DNA from: Nemertoderma westbladi
Taxonomy: Eukaryota; Animalia; Xenacoelomorpha
DNA length: 40,669 bases
Reading direction: 5' to 3'
Assembly: GCA_032718475.1 (NCBI GenBank)
Contig: JAUCBJ010002351.1
Span: 1-40,669, forward strand
Below are positions 1-10,822 of the stretch, in pieces (positions within the stretch are counted from its first letter, which is position 1; each line of letters starts with the position of its first letter). The position numbers and the translations under genes were made by a program. The notes beneath the pieces were generated by a model, which saw nothing but the letters and a program-made list of their open reading frames with translations, made no database searches and had not been told where the DNA came from.

Positions 1-1
1 G

Positions 2-492
2 TGTACGCGCTTTTGAAGACCTTTAGCAGTTTAACCTGCCAAAATTTATATGTCTTTTGGTTTATAAATAGACTTTAGAAGACAACACAAAGTATCACAA
101 AAAACAGTAAGACTGAACACTCCTAGTATGATCGGCCGAATATCTACACGTCGACAGAAAAAATCGCTCTGATTGGCTCAAACCAAACAAAGAACCGTGC
201 GTCCAATGGCTGTTTCCATGCCAGCAACCAGCTGCTAGATGTCGCAATCTGAATCATCAATGCCAAGCCGTGTAAAGGTATTTGGTGCATTACGGGTTTT
301 TTGCCTTACCATGTCCGCCAAAGCAGGTATATAGACGAATGACTTTTATGTCCGTTAAAACACCTGTAACGGTACCTTGCGGGCGAGGGGAATATATGTA
401 CAGTTAGAGAACCTTTTAGAGTATTCCAGCGCCTGGGGGGAAACTGGATTGCGAAGCAAAGGGGCCAGTTATATCCCACAGAAGCTTTTACA
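2..492 (-). repeat. 3' LTR of element 1 (lacks a 769-bp segment present in the 5' LTR)
   Basis: 2..82 = 7851..7931 and 83..492 = 8701..9110; two substitutions seen by eye. Confidence 0.95.
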
Positions 493-500
493 CCGCTCCC
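493..500 (-). other. Polypurine tract of element 1
   Basis: Minus strand GGGAGCGG immediately before the TG of the 3' LTR. Confidence 0.75.
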
Positions 501-570
501 AGAAAATGGGATTTGAGTCTATAAAATATACAAAATCACAGTTTCTAATATACATAAATACTCTAAACAG

Positions 571-2020
571 TTAGTCTTTCTTGCGTGGACGGCGTTTACG
601 CAGTTTTTTAAAGCTAGCCAGAGTCCTTTTCTCTTTGGGGCGAGCCACTTTACAAGGAGGGCTATAACTCCTGGGTGAAGGGTGCAATATGATTGCATCA
701 GAGGGTGTAGGATTATGGTCGGTGTATCCGCCAGTCGAAGTACCGGGTTGATTGACATCATCGTCAGGGGAGAGAGGTCTAACGGCTTTGAGAGCGCGTT
801 TTAAAACAGCTGCTCTTACGGGTCCTTTACGAGTGGTCTGAACGAGAGCCTTGGGTGGACCATAGGCAGTCAGAAACCTCCGGGGTTTAATGGTTCTTTC
901 CAACTCGCGTTCGAGGGCTCGGTATTCGTAAGGCCGCCGATATACTTCCTGTAACTCTGGGTGTGAGTTAACAAATAAGTCTCCATAGTCCGGATCCTGA
1001 CGGATGTAATTGATTAAGTTATAGGAATGAAAGGTCGCTAGGATTAACACTCCTGAGAAATTTACGTACGAACTTGGTTGAAATACATTCTCCGACGCGC
1101 TTCAGTAGCTCGTAACTCGATATGCGTGATTTCTGTTCGACCGAAGCGAATAGATAAGGATGGAACGCATAAACTCCTTTGTAAGCGCGTCCGGGATAAT
1201 AGCGATGGCGCGAATCACAATGTAAATCAGCGTTCGCTTCCCAAGCTCTGATGTAACGTAGTGTGATCATTTCATCTACGCTTTCCAAATCGTGATTAAA
1301 AGGGCAATCGAAACTGGCGTGTCCCTTTAGTTGACAATGGTGACATTGAGTCATAAATTGAGGGCAAACCGCAAAAATGTGCAAGTTATTGAGTCTGCAA
1401 TACGCACAATAAATTTCCATCACCGGTTGTTCGTGGAAATAGGAACAGCGGACGTTTGTGTCCATGGGCGTAACATGGTCTCTCGATGCGCATAACCGAC
1501 AACGTTGCCGAGAAACATAGTTGGCATGGCGATAATTGTACGCAGTGAGACACTGTGGACCTTGATACCATTCTAGGATGTAATCGTTGTCGCTGTTCCG
1601 GGCGCGATAGGCTGAATCTCCTCAGATTCTAGGCATATTGGTTCGTCTTCCCCGTCTGTTACGAATAGAATTTTCGTGATCTATTTTCGGTTTATCGTTA
1701 CGACTCCGCTGGGTATGATATTTAAATAGAACCATTTCCCTTTCGGTGTCTACATCGTCCGTATCATGTAAATCGATAGGATGGCCGGTAGTTAGGAAGT
1801 CCATATACGTACCATTACGATGCGTATAGCGAGCGGTGAATTTTCGATAGTCCAATTTACGCGTAAGTTGCTCTTGGGACATCGGCGGTTCGATATAACG
1901 ACCATCGTCCTCCGTAATGGTTGGATCGGCTTCACCGCGTATCAAGCTATCCACAAATGCTTGTAAAGGTAGAGTATATCGCTCTCTGATACCAAGATCA
2001 TCTTCTATCAACTCCGTCAT
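571..2020 (-). pseudogene. Extra 3' ORF of element 1 (about 480 aa when reconstructed) with three CCHC-type zinc knuckles and a basic C-terminus
   Basis: ORFs 1622..2020 and 1019..1465 are one frame with a single TGA at 1622-1624 (intervening codons open); ORF 571..1050 overlaps it by a frameshift. Motifs CRLCASRDH...C, CAYCRLNNLHIFAVC, CHHCQLKGHASFDC; ends KKLRKRRPRKKD. Confidence 0.75.
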
Positions 2021-2083
2021 ATCTGCTATCTGAGTTTATTAATATCGAAATGAGTTTATGTTTAGGCGAGCGGACGTCGCTGC

Positions 2084-2559
2084 CTACTTCTCTTTGCCCC
2101 CGGACAGTGGGATTCTTAGCGCCGATGTACCGTCGTCGCGGTGTTTACGCCAACATGTAGCAACAGCACGACAACGATAACCGGCACAAGTCACTCCACT
2201 GTCCGTCCCAAAGGCTTGAATCCACTTTAGGTTCTTTCTATAGGAGAGTTGGGCTACTTTCACAATTGCGACTAGCTACTGTAAACACACCTTAGCAGTA
2301 ACATTCACCTACAAACGCACAAATTCCACACAACTGTCACCAATTGTACACATACAGGCCATTTGTCCGTTAGTCAGTGCCTTCCAGAATGTCACGTTAT
2401 TACTGTGTATCCTTGGATACTAACAGTGTGCTATGTATTCTCTATGCTATGCAATGTGACAAGCTTTCTATTGTTCTTTTAACTTGCTTCTAATTCTAGC
2501 GTGGGTGTTGCTATGGTGACATTATGGAATGCTAGCGGTAGAATTAGGGTAATTCTCAT
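2084..2559 (-). pseudogene. Possible decayed small membrane glycoprotein ORF inside element 1
   Basis: Manual translation across stops and frameshifts gives signal-peptide-like MRITLILPLAFHNVTIAT, three NVT sequons, a Cys cluster, hydrophobic LVPVIVVVLLL and then CWRKHR. Confidence 0.3.
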
Positions 2560-2842
2560 GCATACAGATCTGGGATGCTATTTAATAATAATTCTTTAAT
2601 TGTCAATATCCTCTTTATGCATGATTTTATTAATTTTATCGGCTATTGACTATATGTTGGAGATTCTCGCACTCTAATACACTCAATAGGATGAATCTCC
2701 GCTCCCATGATCTATTAATTAATGGAATTTTGGGAATGTTATAAATTGTACAAAATGACAATTTATGAAATTCATTAAAAATATGAATTTGAATTTATTC
2801 CCGTGAATTTTATTATTTGATGTTAAAATTGACACAATTTGA

Positions 2843-3130
2843 TTCCAGAGCAGGTCTGGGGACATAGGATCCTTAATTCTATGAAATTTGTCTTTTAAGA
2901 GTATCGGGAAGTGCTACGATATCTTAATCGACTAGAATTGTTAACGGATCTGAATTTTACAGATTTTAATAAATATTAAATTAATATTTAAGATGGGCAC
3001 CGATTTATTCCAGAACTTGTCTGGGGACGTTAACCACTGATTCTAGAATTTGTCTTTCAAGTATATCGGTGGGTGCCGCGATATCTTAATCGACTAGAAT
3101 TACAGATGGTCAAAAGGTTTAACAGATTTA
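2843..3130. repeat. Diverged direct repeat of about 125 bp (2 copies) in the element 1 3' non-coding region
   Basis: TTCCAGA...GTCTGGGGAC...AATTTGTCTTT...CGATATCTTAATCGACTAGAATT...ACAGATTT at about 2843-2968 and 3008-3130. Confidence 0.8.
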
Positions 3131-3650
3131 TTTGCGTTTTACGCTACTGTTAGAGGGACATCACGCTACTATATGTATTATTATATATGGTATGAGAGCA
3201 ATATCGCACGAAGCAATGTCAGTGTGAAGAGGCAAGTCGTTTCCAAGGTCTACCCAGAGCTTGGTTTAGCCGAGACACGAGGATCTGAACTTTGCATTCC
3301 TAATACTCTGCCTACCAATAATACTTAAGTATAGTAGGAGCTTTATTGTACTTTAATAAGTACGGACATTTCATCTTACTGTAGTCACGTATTTATAATA
3401 TGATACGGACAGTAAGGAAAGAGAAAAAAATAATTATTTCTCGCCGTCGCACTAAATATATATTATAAGTAATTACGTACGTAATAAACACTAATATATT
3501 GCACTAATCTACTAAATAATCACTAAAAGAACATTATACTAAATAAAATTAAAGAAAACGATTATAATAAAATTACATAATAATACATACATAAATATAA
3601 AATAAAAACAAATATAAAATGATATAGTCACACGCCCACTCCATATGTTA

Positions 3651-6600
3651 TTACGTTATGGAGTCCCTAGATATTTGTCGGATTAGGGAAGTGGTCGTAG
3701 GAAGAGTATCTTGCCTTCCATAGTTTCCGGACAGTTTTTGGTCTCTTTCCAGTAAACATAAACGACTAGCTGGGTGATTGAGTTGTTGTGTTACTTTCTC
3801 CGCTCCCTTGACCTGTCTAATCTCCGCCGGGGTAAGATGAGGAGGCCATTGTTCTTCTTCTTTACTTAAGAAGTCGGATCCACCTAACCAGCCTGGAGTA
3901 TCTATCAGTTCTTGAGGAGTTGCTCCTCTGGAAGCGATGTCGGCTGGATTAATCGTCCCAAGGCAATGTCTCCATTGATCTACATTGGAGTTAATATCGT
4001 CATTATCTGAGGAGTATGGTGTTCCCTCAGTTGGATCGTCCACATCACTGCTCTCCACTTCCCATTCCTTTACTTGGTATACCTGTTGTTGAGGTAATCT
4101 CTCTTTGAGAGTTCTACGGGAAGGGCCAGTGAAGTACCAACCTACTCTAGTTCTTACCGCATAGGTTTGTAGTGGCTGCGGTTGAGCAGGCCGATTCTCC
4201 AATGTCTCGAGAGCCTCATGCGCCTTTTGGCCGATGAGTATTTGCACTCCAGGATAATCTGTCTGGAATCGAGGTATCTTAAGATGTTGGATGCTCTCAT
4301 CCTCGTCCCAATTAAAAAGGTCTGCTTGGGTAGTAGCGAAGTTCTTTATAGCCACCATTTTTACCGACCTTATACCTTGTGCTCCTAATTTATCCTGGGG
4401 GGTGGACAACACACCTACATAGTAATCTGCCATTAGGGTAGATTTCCAAACCTGCATAATTCCTAACATATTCAATTTAGTCCGGAATTTGGGTTGTCCA
4501 GCAAAGATATCTTCGGCTAGTTCTTGATCGATGAATGTTCCTGTGCTGCCGGAGTCAAGGAGGGCGTTCACTATGTAACTTTTGTTAGGACCATGAACTC
4601 TTACCTGCACTACAGGAAATTCTCTGATTCCTACGTTGGAAGTTGGAGCTTTCCAAGATGGTTGTCTGGCAAAAGTAGTTGGGGGGAACTCATTGTCGGT
4701 GTCCTTTTCATAAGTAAGTGCTCGATACACTGCGGTATTGATTAGATAACAGGATTCGTTGGCGTCGGAGAATTCGTCAGTATAGAATCCTTCCATCTCA
4801 GATTCTTGATCAGTGTCGTTTACATCACTGAATTGGACATGTAGTTCGGGCTCACTTACCTGACTCAGTTTGTCTCGATCGAACTCACTGTGTAACAAGA
4901 TGTGATGTTTCGCGCCACACTTTGTACACTTTATGTCGGAGTAACAGGTTCGCCATTGGTGTCCTGGTCTGAGGCAATTATAGCATAACCGCTTATCCCA
5001 TACGAATGCACGTCTGTCTACAAGGGATTTCTTTAGAAATTCAGCACACGCACTCAAACGGTGGGTCCCGTCGCACAGCGCACAGTTAGGTTTTATGTTA
5101 CTCACTTTACCTTGGGTAACTTGATGCACTCTCGTTTTTTCTTCAGGTTTTCTTCGGTGTATTCTGTTAGGAGACTGAGGAGGGGTCTTGGCAGCCTGTT
5201 CTCTCCTATCGTTGTTTCGAGCCTTGTATTTACTTACGTCTTTTGAGGTTTTGTCAACATAGTAAGATCGATCTGTGTCTTTCCCGCTGTCCTCTTCTTG
5301 AGAGGCTTGGCTTTCGCCGTCGTCAGTGTAACATACCGGTGTTACTCTTCTCCTAGAAGCGGGTTTTTCACTTACCTTATTTTCCGATGTTTTCTCTCTG
5401 GACTGCTTGATGAGTTGTAGTTTTACTTCACCATCTAAGAAGGACATGAGATCAGCTATGGTAGGACTTCGTCGTTGTTGTTCATTCATGTACAACACTT
5501 TCTTGTCCCAGCGTGTACATACTCCACCCTTTGGTAAAGTAGAGACTACGGCTCCAATAACCATGGAACTCTGATATTCATGCGACTTACCTAACCAGTC
5601 CAATTGTCTACAGATCTCTTGAATCTCATCGGAAAACTCTATAATCCCACTACTAAGGAAGTGTCGGGGGGCTACTAATTTTGCATACAAATACTTAGCT
5701 ATGTTATCCTAGTTACCATACCTGATGTTTAATGTATCCCATACTTGTCTTAATCCTTCTGGATGTCCAATAAACTTTAACGCCATTAACCTGGGAGGTC
5801 CTTCCAAGCACTTGATGAGGAACCTAAGTTTCTCTCCGTTAGATAGTACAGAGTTTTGTATGCTATCTTTGTAATATTCGTTGAAAGGTAACCATTTCAT
5901 CTCATCTCCATTGAATTTGACGATCTCTCCCACTTTGACCGCTTGGCGGGCTTCTGTTCTAGCCATCTGACGCGTAAAGCTTTCTTGGGCCATCGTGTTA
6001 TTTAATATCGAATTATCGGTATATAAATTTCTCGGATCATTGTCAGGTCTATAAGGGATATCATTAATAACAGGTCTATAATCACCCTTAATAGGGTTTG
6101 CTATAGGAGTTTCTACTTCACTAGCAGTATAGATGCGTGTAGGCTCCACACCTTGCGCATGTAATACTTCAGACCTAACAGGTTGACACAATTTTACAGG
6201 GGGTATCGGTATTCCCTTTTGGATATTGACTAATTTGTCGCGTTCTAGCGCGATACTTTGCTGCACTTCTTGCAATTCGGCCCTACTTTCCCTTACTGTT
6301 CCCTTAAGTTGGTAGACAGTCTCCTGCATCTGTCCGAGCAGGAGATTCATCCCCCGCCGTCCCTCTTCTACCCACTCGACCGCCGAAGCGGGAGTCGCCA
6401 ACATTGTAGCGGGCTGACGTGGGAGGACGGGAGACAAATCTTTGATTTCTCTCTCAGCTTCCAGGACAGGGATATTCTCATGGACTGTTCTACCGGGCAC
6501 AGGCAGTGTAGTACTGTGTAAAGGGAATTTAGAGTTAAGCTCTGGAAGTACAGGGGTCTCTAACACAGGAGTGACTTTGGGAACGACAGGCCTAATTATT

Positions 6601-6704
6601 TCAGGCTCATCAACTATAGTAGGAAGTTTTTTGACCTTAATAATTTGGTCTGTAGGTTCTATACTACTTAAGTCTGTGCTAGCTAGTCTGTCACCAGTCT
6701 TGTC
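3651..6704 (-). pseudogene. gag: Gag-protease with in-frame deletions of RT, most of RNase H and integrase
   Basis: ORFs 5709..6566 and 3651..5690 are one frame with a single TAG at 5709-5711 (RYGN*DNIAKYLYAK); the frame stays open upstream to 6704. After protease the sequence jumps to NVDQWRH..NPADIASRG (about 3990), then to HPASRLCLLE (about 3780). No YxDD or DDE motif. Confidence 0.9.
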
Positions 6705-6837
6705 CTACGCCAAGCAGCCCGTGTAGTACCGGGGTTAATTTAACTATAACGGTATGTGTAACAAACACAATTACTGTAGGAATAAACTTGGGGACATGAA
6801 TGTTGCGAATAATCGCATAAACTCTGAACAATAAATA

Positions 6838-7355
6838 TTACGCTACCCGTACAGAATACTCAAACAAATACAAACCAAACGCTGGCAGACTACCACCAAG
6901 CCTAAATAAACTACCGTACGTGTAGATTCCGAAATGGTTAGTTAGTATGCGTTCTAACACGGTAGTACGACTTATTCTTTAAGAGGGGATTGACCTTACA
7001 GCTATGGCTGCCCCAACTTACTAACTGGCACTTTATCAGACAAACTCTACACACGCAGCAATCTCTTCAGACCTAATAATAGCTAGACAACAATCCAGCC
7101 TACAAAATATCTGAGTAATAACTATTACGGTACCCGAACAGACCACACAAACAAACACAGGCCAAAACGCTGGCAGAATACTGTCAAGCCTAAATAAACT
7201 ACAGTATGTGCAGATTCCAAAATGGTTAGTTAGTATGCGTTCTAACACGGTAGTACGACTTATTCTTTAAGAGGGGATTGACCTTACAGCTATGGCTGCC
7301 CCAACTTACTAACTGGCACTCTATCGGACAAACTCTACACACGCCGCAATCTCTC
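6838..7355. repeat. Tandem duplication (period about 288 bp) in the element 1 leader
   Basis: GGTAGTACGACTTATTCTTTAAGAGGGG... at 6961 and 7249 with near-identical flanks. Confidence 0.9.
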
Positions 7356-7658
7356 CAAACTCAACAACAATCTGACAACAGTCCGGCCTACAATTATCTG
7401 AACAATCTGAGCAGACTTACACGTCTTCAGCTCAATATTAACTTACATGTAAATAAAACCGACAGAAATAAGTAAAATCTCAATAAAAAACCAGGGCTGC
7501 AGTCCCTGATTAAATATCAATATTAACTTACTAGGAAATAAAACTGACAGAAATAGACCTAAGTAAAATCCCAATAAAAACCAGGCGTCCCCGATTTAAT
7601 ATTGAGACCTACCGGTATACAATAATCAAAATCGAATAATACTAATGTACTTATACTG

Positions 7659-7784
7659 GAAGTACCGGTTAGGACAGTTGGGCCTACGGACCTACAGAAG
7701 TACCGGTTCTGACAGTTGGACCTACGGACCTACAGCAGTACCGGTTCTGGCAGTTGGGCCTACGGACCTACAGAAGTACCGGTT
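7659..7784. repeat. 38-bp minisatellite, about 3.3 copies, in the element 1 leader
   Basis: Unit GAAGTACCGGTT(CT/AG)GACAGTTGGGCCTACGGACCTACA. Confidence 0.9.
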
Positions 7785-7839
7785 CAGGTTTACCGGTCGA
7801 CCGGTACTTTCAACTTTGTTGCTGACTGCAATAAAGTCA

Positions 7840-7850
7840 ATAACTGTTAT
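7840..7850 (-). promoter_or_regulatory. Non-tRNA PBS position of element 1, complementary to LTR site 8602..8612 (candidate self-priming)
   Basis: Minus strand ATAACAGTTAT directly after LTR ...TACA with no TGG; exact 11-nt reverse complement at 8602..8612. Confidence 0.65.
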
Positions 7851-9110
7851 TGTACGCGCTTTTGAAGACCTTTAGCAGTTTAACCTGCCAAAATTTATAT
7901 GTCTTTTGGTTTATAAATAGACTTTAGAAGATTACAAATATTTAATACCAATAAACACAACATTAGCAGAAGCCAGCCTAGTGCGCGTCCATTCACCCGC
8001 TGGATATACCCGGGAGACTGGATTCTGAGGGCTTAGATTATTATTGCAGTGTAAGCTTACTGTATTGTATTATTCGATTGATCGTTAATAAATAATTTCT
8101 GACTAATATTATTCACTTTCGGGAAATATTAACAGTTCCTTTAGGACGTGGCGCTCTATCTAGGTAAACAGAGATATGACTTATACTAATCACAACGGTA
8201 AGTCGGTAAGGCTTATGATTCACGTATGAGGCGCATTCTTTAGGAAATGCTTAGTTATCAATCACAATCAGGCACACTACCGGTAACACACAATACTGCT
8301 CACTATTTGCCGACCGTCAATGAATTTTATCATATATAAAGAGAACAGCAACGGACCAATGTAGTGCTTATCAAATAGCATCAAATTCACTACATACACA
8401 ATAATATAAGTCGCAATCGCTGTATATAACCCGTCTCTCTAACCTGTAGTGTATCAAGAAAATTGGGAAATTTGGGTTCTTTATATATGTTCTCCAAATA
8501 ATATTCAACCAAAACACAACAGTAAATAGCAGTATAATAATGTATGTTGAACCGATAATGCAAGAATAGAAACAAGTTGATATGAATTGATATATGATGT
8601 GATAACAGTTATACGCTCTATAATTTAAGCCTACTAATGTTTCTTCTAAAGTATGAAAACTAATTGACTCTAGAGCCAGTGTTCCTGGCCTAGATAGCAA
8701 CAACACAAAGTATCACAAAAAACAGTAAGACTGAACACTCCTAGTATGATCGGCCGAATATCTACACGTCGACAGAAAAAATCGCTCTGATTGGCTCAAA
8801 CCAAACAAAGAACCGTGCGTCCAATGGCTGTTTCCATGCCAGCAACCAGCTGCTAGATGTCGCAATCTGAATCATCAAGGCCAAGCCGTGTAAAGGTATT
8901 TGGTGAATTACGGGTTTTTTGCCTTACCATGTCCGCCAAAGCAGGTATATAGACGAATGACTTTTATGTCCGTTAAAACACCTGTAACGGTACCTTGCGG
9001 GCGAGGGGAATATATGTACAGTTAGAGAACCTTTTAGAGTATTCCAGCGCCTGGGGGGAAACTGGATTGCGAAGCAAAGGGGCCAGTTATATCCCACAGA
9101 AGCTTTTACA
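7851..9110 (-). repeat. 5' LTR of element 1 (1260 bp)
   Basis: TGTACG...TTTACA, matching both segments of the 3' LTR. Confidence 0.95.
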
Positions 9111-9679
9111 GTCGGTCAGATCGTAATGCGGGCCACTGCCAAGTTCCTCATGCCTCACTCCGGTCACCCACCTTGGAGTGCGGTGGGAAGAGTCCCACTT
9201 ACTGACTTACGTCGACGACTGGACGAATCGACGAGGATTGTGATCTGGGTTTAGCGGCGGCCCCGATCCTGGGATCGCCTGGGGGAAATGGTTGAACGTT
9301 GGGCAGACGTTATCGCACTGGATTACGTTCTCTGCGACGCGAAAGTGTGAAGCGAATTCGTTGTCGAATTGGGTCGGAAGCTGCGGGAATTCTACTGTTC
9401 TACGGGAGTAAACCGCAGCGGTCCGGTGACTACGGACGGATACTACTGGGATAAGCAGGTATTTTGATCGAGTTTCTCGTATTCTCGATGCTCGAGGCGG
9501 ATAGAGAGTTGGTTGTGTTGGGCGGTTTTGTTCAATTCTATCAAACATATTAAATAATTGGTAAAATAATAAAAACACACCAGATAAAGATACTGAGCTT
9601 ATGGTAAAGAGATAGGCCGAACTTACAATTTCCAAATAGATTGTTCATATAATAAATATATTTTTGGTATTTGATTTCA

Positions 9680-9929
9680 AGATAGGGGGGGGGGAACTGG
9701 ACGCAATAAAAATTCATCCCTTTCCAGGGGAAATTGGATGCAAATAACAACAGTTGATTACTCTCAAATATAAAACTGTAACCTGTTCTATTGGGTTTAC
9801 TTTATTGTTTTGGTTAAAATAACGTGCCACTGTAACCTGCTCCTTTCCCAAAATTTAGAAATTAATATTGAGGCGGGATATTAATTCGCCAAGATGGGAT
9901 TTGCGTCCAGTCCACCCCCCTCCTATCTC
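9680..9929. mobile_element. MITE (Mutator-like, about 250 bp)
   Basis: TIRs AGATAGGGG...CTGGACGCAA / TTGCGTCCAG...CCTATCTC; flanking direct repeat TTGATTTCA at 9671-9679 and 9930-9938. Confidence 0.8.
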
Positions 9930-10440
9930 TTGATTTCACTAAAAAATAGAATACATTGCATTTTACTGTTATAATTCTATTTTTATTCTAATTTAATTAA
10001 ATTTTATTATACAATCAAAATATAATTGAATTATATTATTGAGAATATACCATATACATTTACCGTTTAATATTTTAATAATATACTGTATTAATAGTTG
10101 TATTGAGTTATATTAGTTATATTAGTTATCTTAGTTGTATTGATCCAGTAACTCCCGTAGCGATGCGCATTGCGTTCTGTCGGTTTTGGTTGCCAATTAT
10201 TATTCCATGTTTTTCAACGCAGTAACAGCTAACTAACGATGTTGGTCTGGGTGCTCAAAGAGGCCGCCTGGAGAAGGTCCCGCCGTCGCTAGGATGGAAG
10301 CGGCATTACCCACGAGAATGGCTATACCAATTCGCTGTAGAAGGAACCGGTGAGAGCGGGGTTCGTGGGTAACTATCTGCAGACGGGAACCAATCTGTTA
10401 TAATTACTGTATTGAATAAAATAATTAATTGATTGTTTAT

Positions 10441-10822
10441 TAAACCGTGCTAAGCACGTTGAACTGGAGCTCTAACAATTCCCCACTAGCGGCAGGCAGG
10501 AACTGTAAAAGTCTCTGTAGAATTTCTAATTAAGCAATGCTCTTAGGTAACTACTACTAAATTTCAGATGAATCTGATCTTTGGTTCTATAATTACAGCT
10601 ATTTTTACGTTTCTGTTAATTCGCCCCCTAGCGGCAGACCGGGGAACTGTAGAAGTCTGTCTGTGTGTAGAATTTCTAAATTTTTTATAGACTACATGTG
10701 TACCAAGTTTGGTTCCATTTCATCCATGATTGACCGACTTATTAGCTTTTCAAACATTCCTGCCACAAACATAGCCAGAGGCAGCCACAAACAAATAAAA
10801 GCTGCAGGAACTCGAGCGTTAA
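10441..10822. repeat. Element with two related units about 140 bp apart, each carrying a CTCF-like motif (possibly a Helentron/HINE-type repeat)
   Basis: CCCCACTAGCGGCAG...GAACTGTA...TGTAGAATTTCTAA near 10481 and CGCCCCCTAGCGGCAG...GAACTGTA...TGTAGAATTTCTAA near 10622. Family assignment is inference. Confidence 0.45.

Larger units (their letters stand above)
2..9110 (-). mobile_element. BEL/Pao LTR retrotransposon, internally deleted non-autonomous copy (element 1)
   Basis: Direct LTRs 2..492 and 7851..9110, both TGTA...TACA. Pao-type Gag (DUF1759-like KFNGD..W..F, three Cys/His knuckles), protease LLDSGS, RNase H tail QWRH...NPADIASRG and integrase tail RLCLLE. Right flank is GTCGG; the single visible left-flank base G is compatible with a 5-bp TSD. 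Confidence 0.95.

Noticed and set aside
5709-5711. Alternative genetic code to explain the in-frame stops
   Set aside because: Stops are of mixed type and accompanied by frameshifts, and kilobase-long frames are stop-free; ordinary decay is sufficient.
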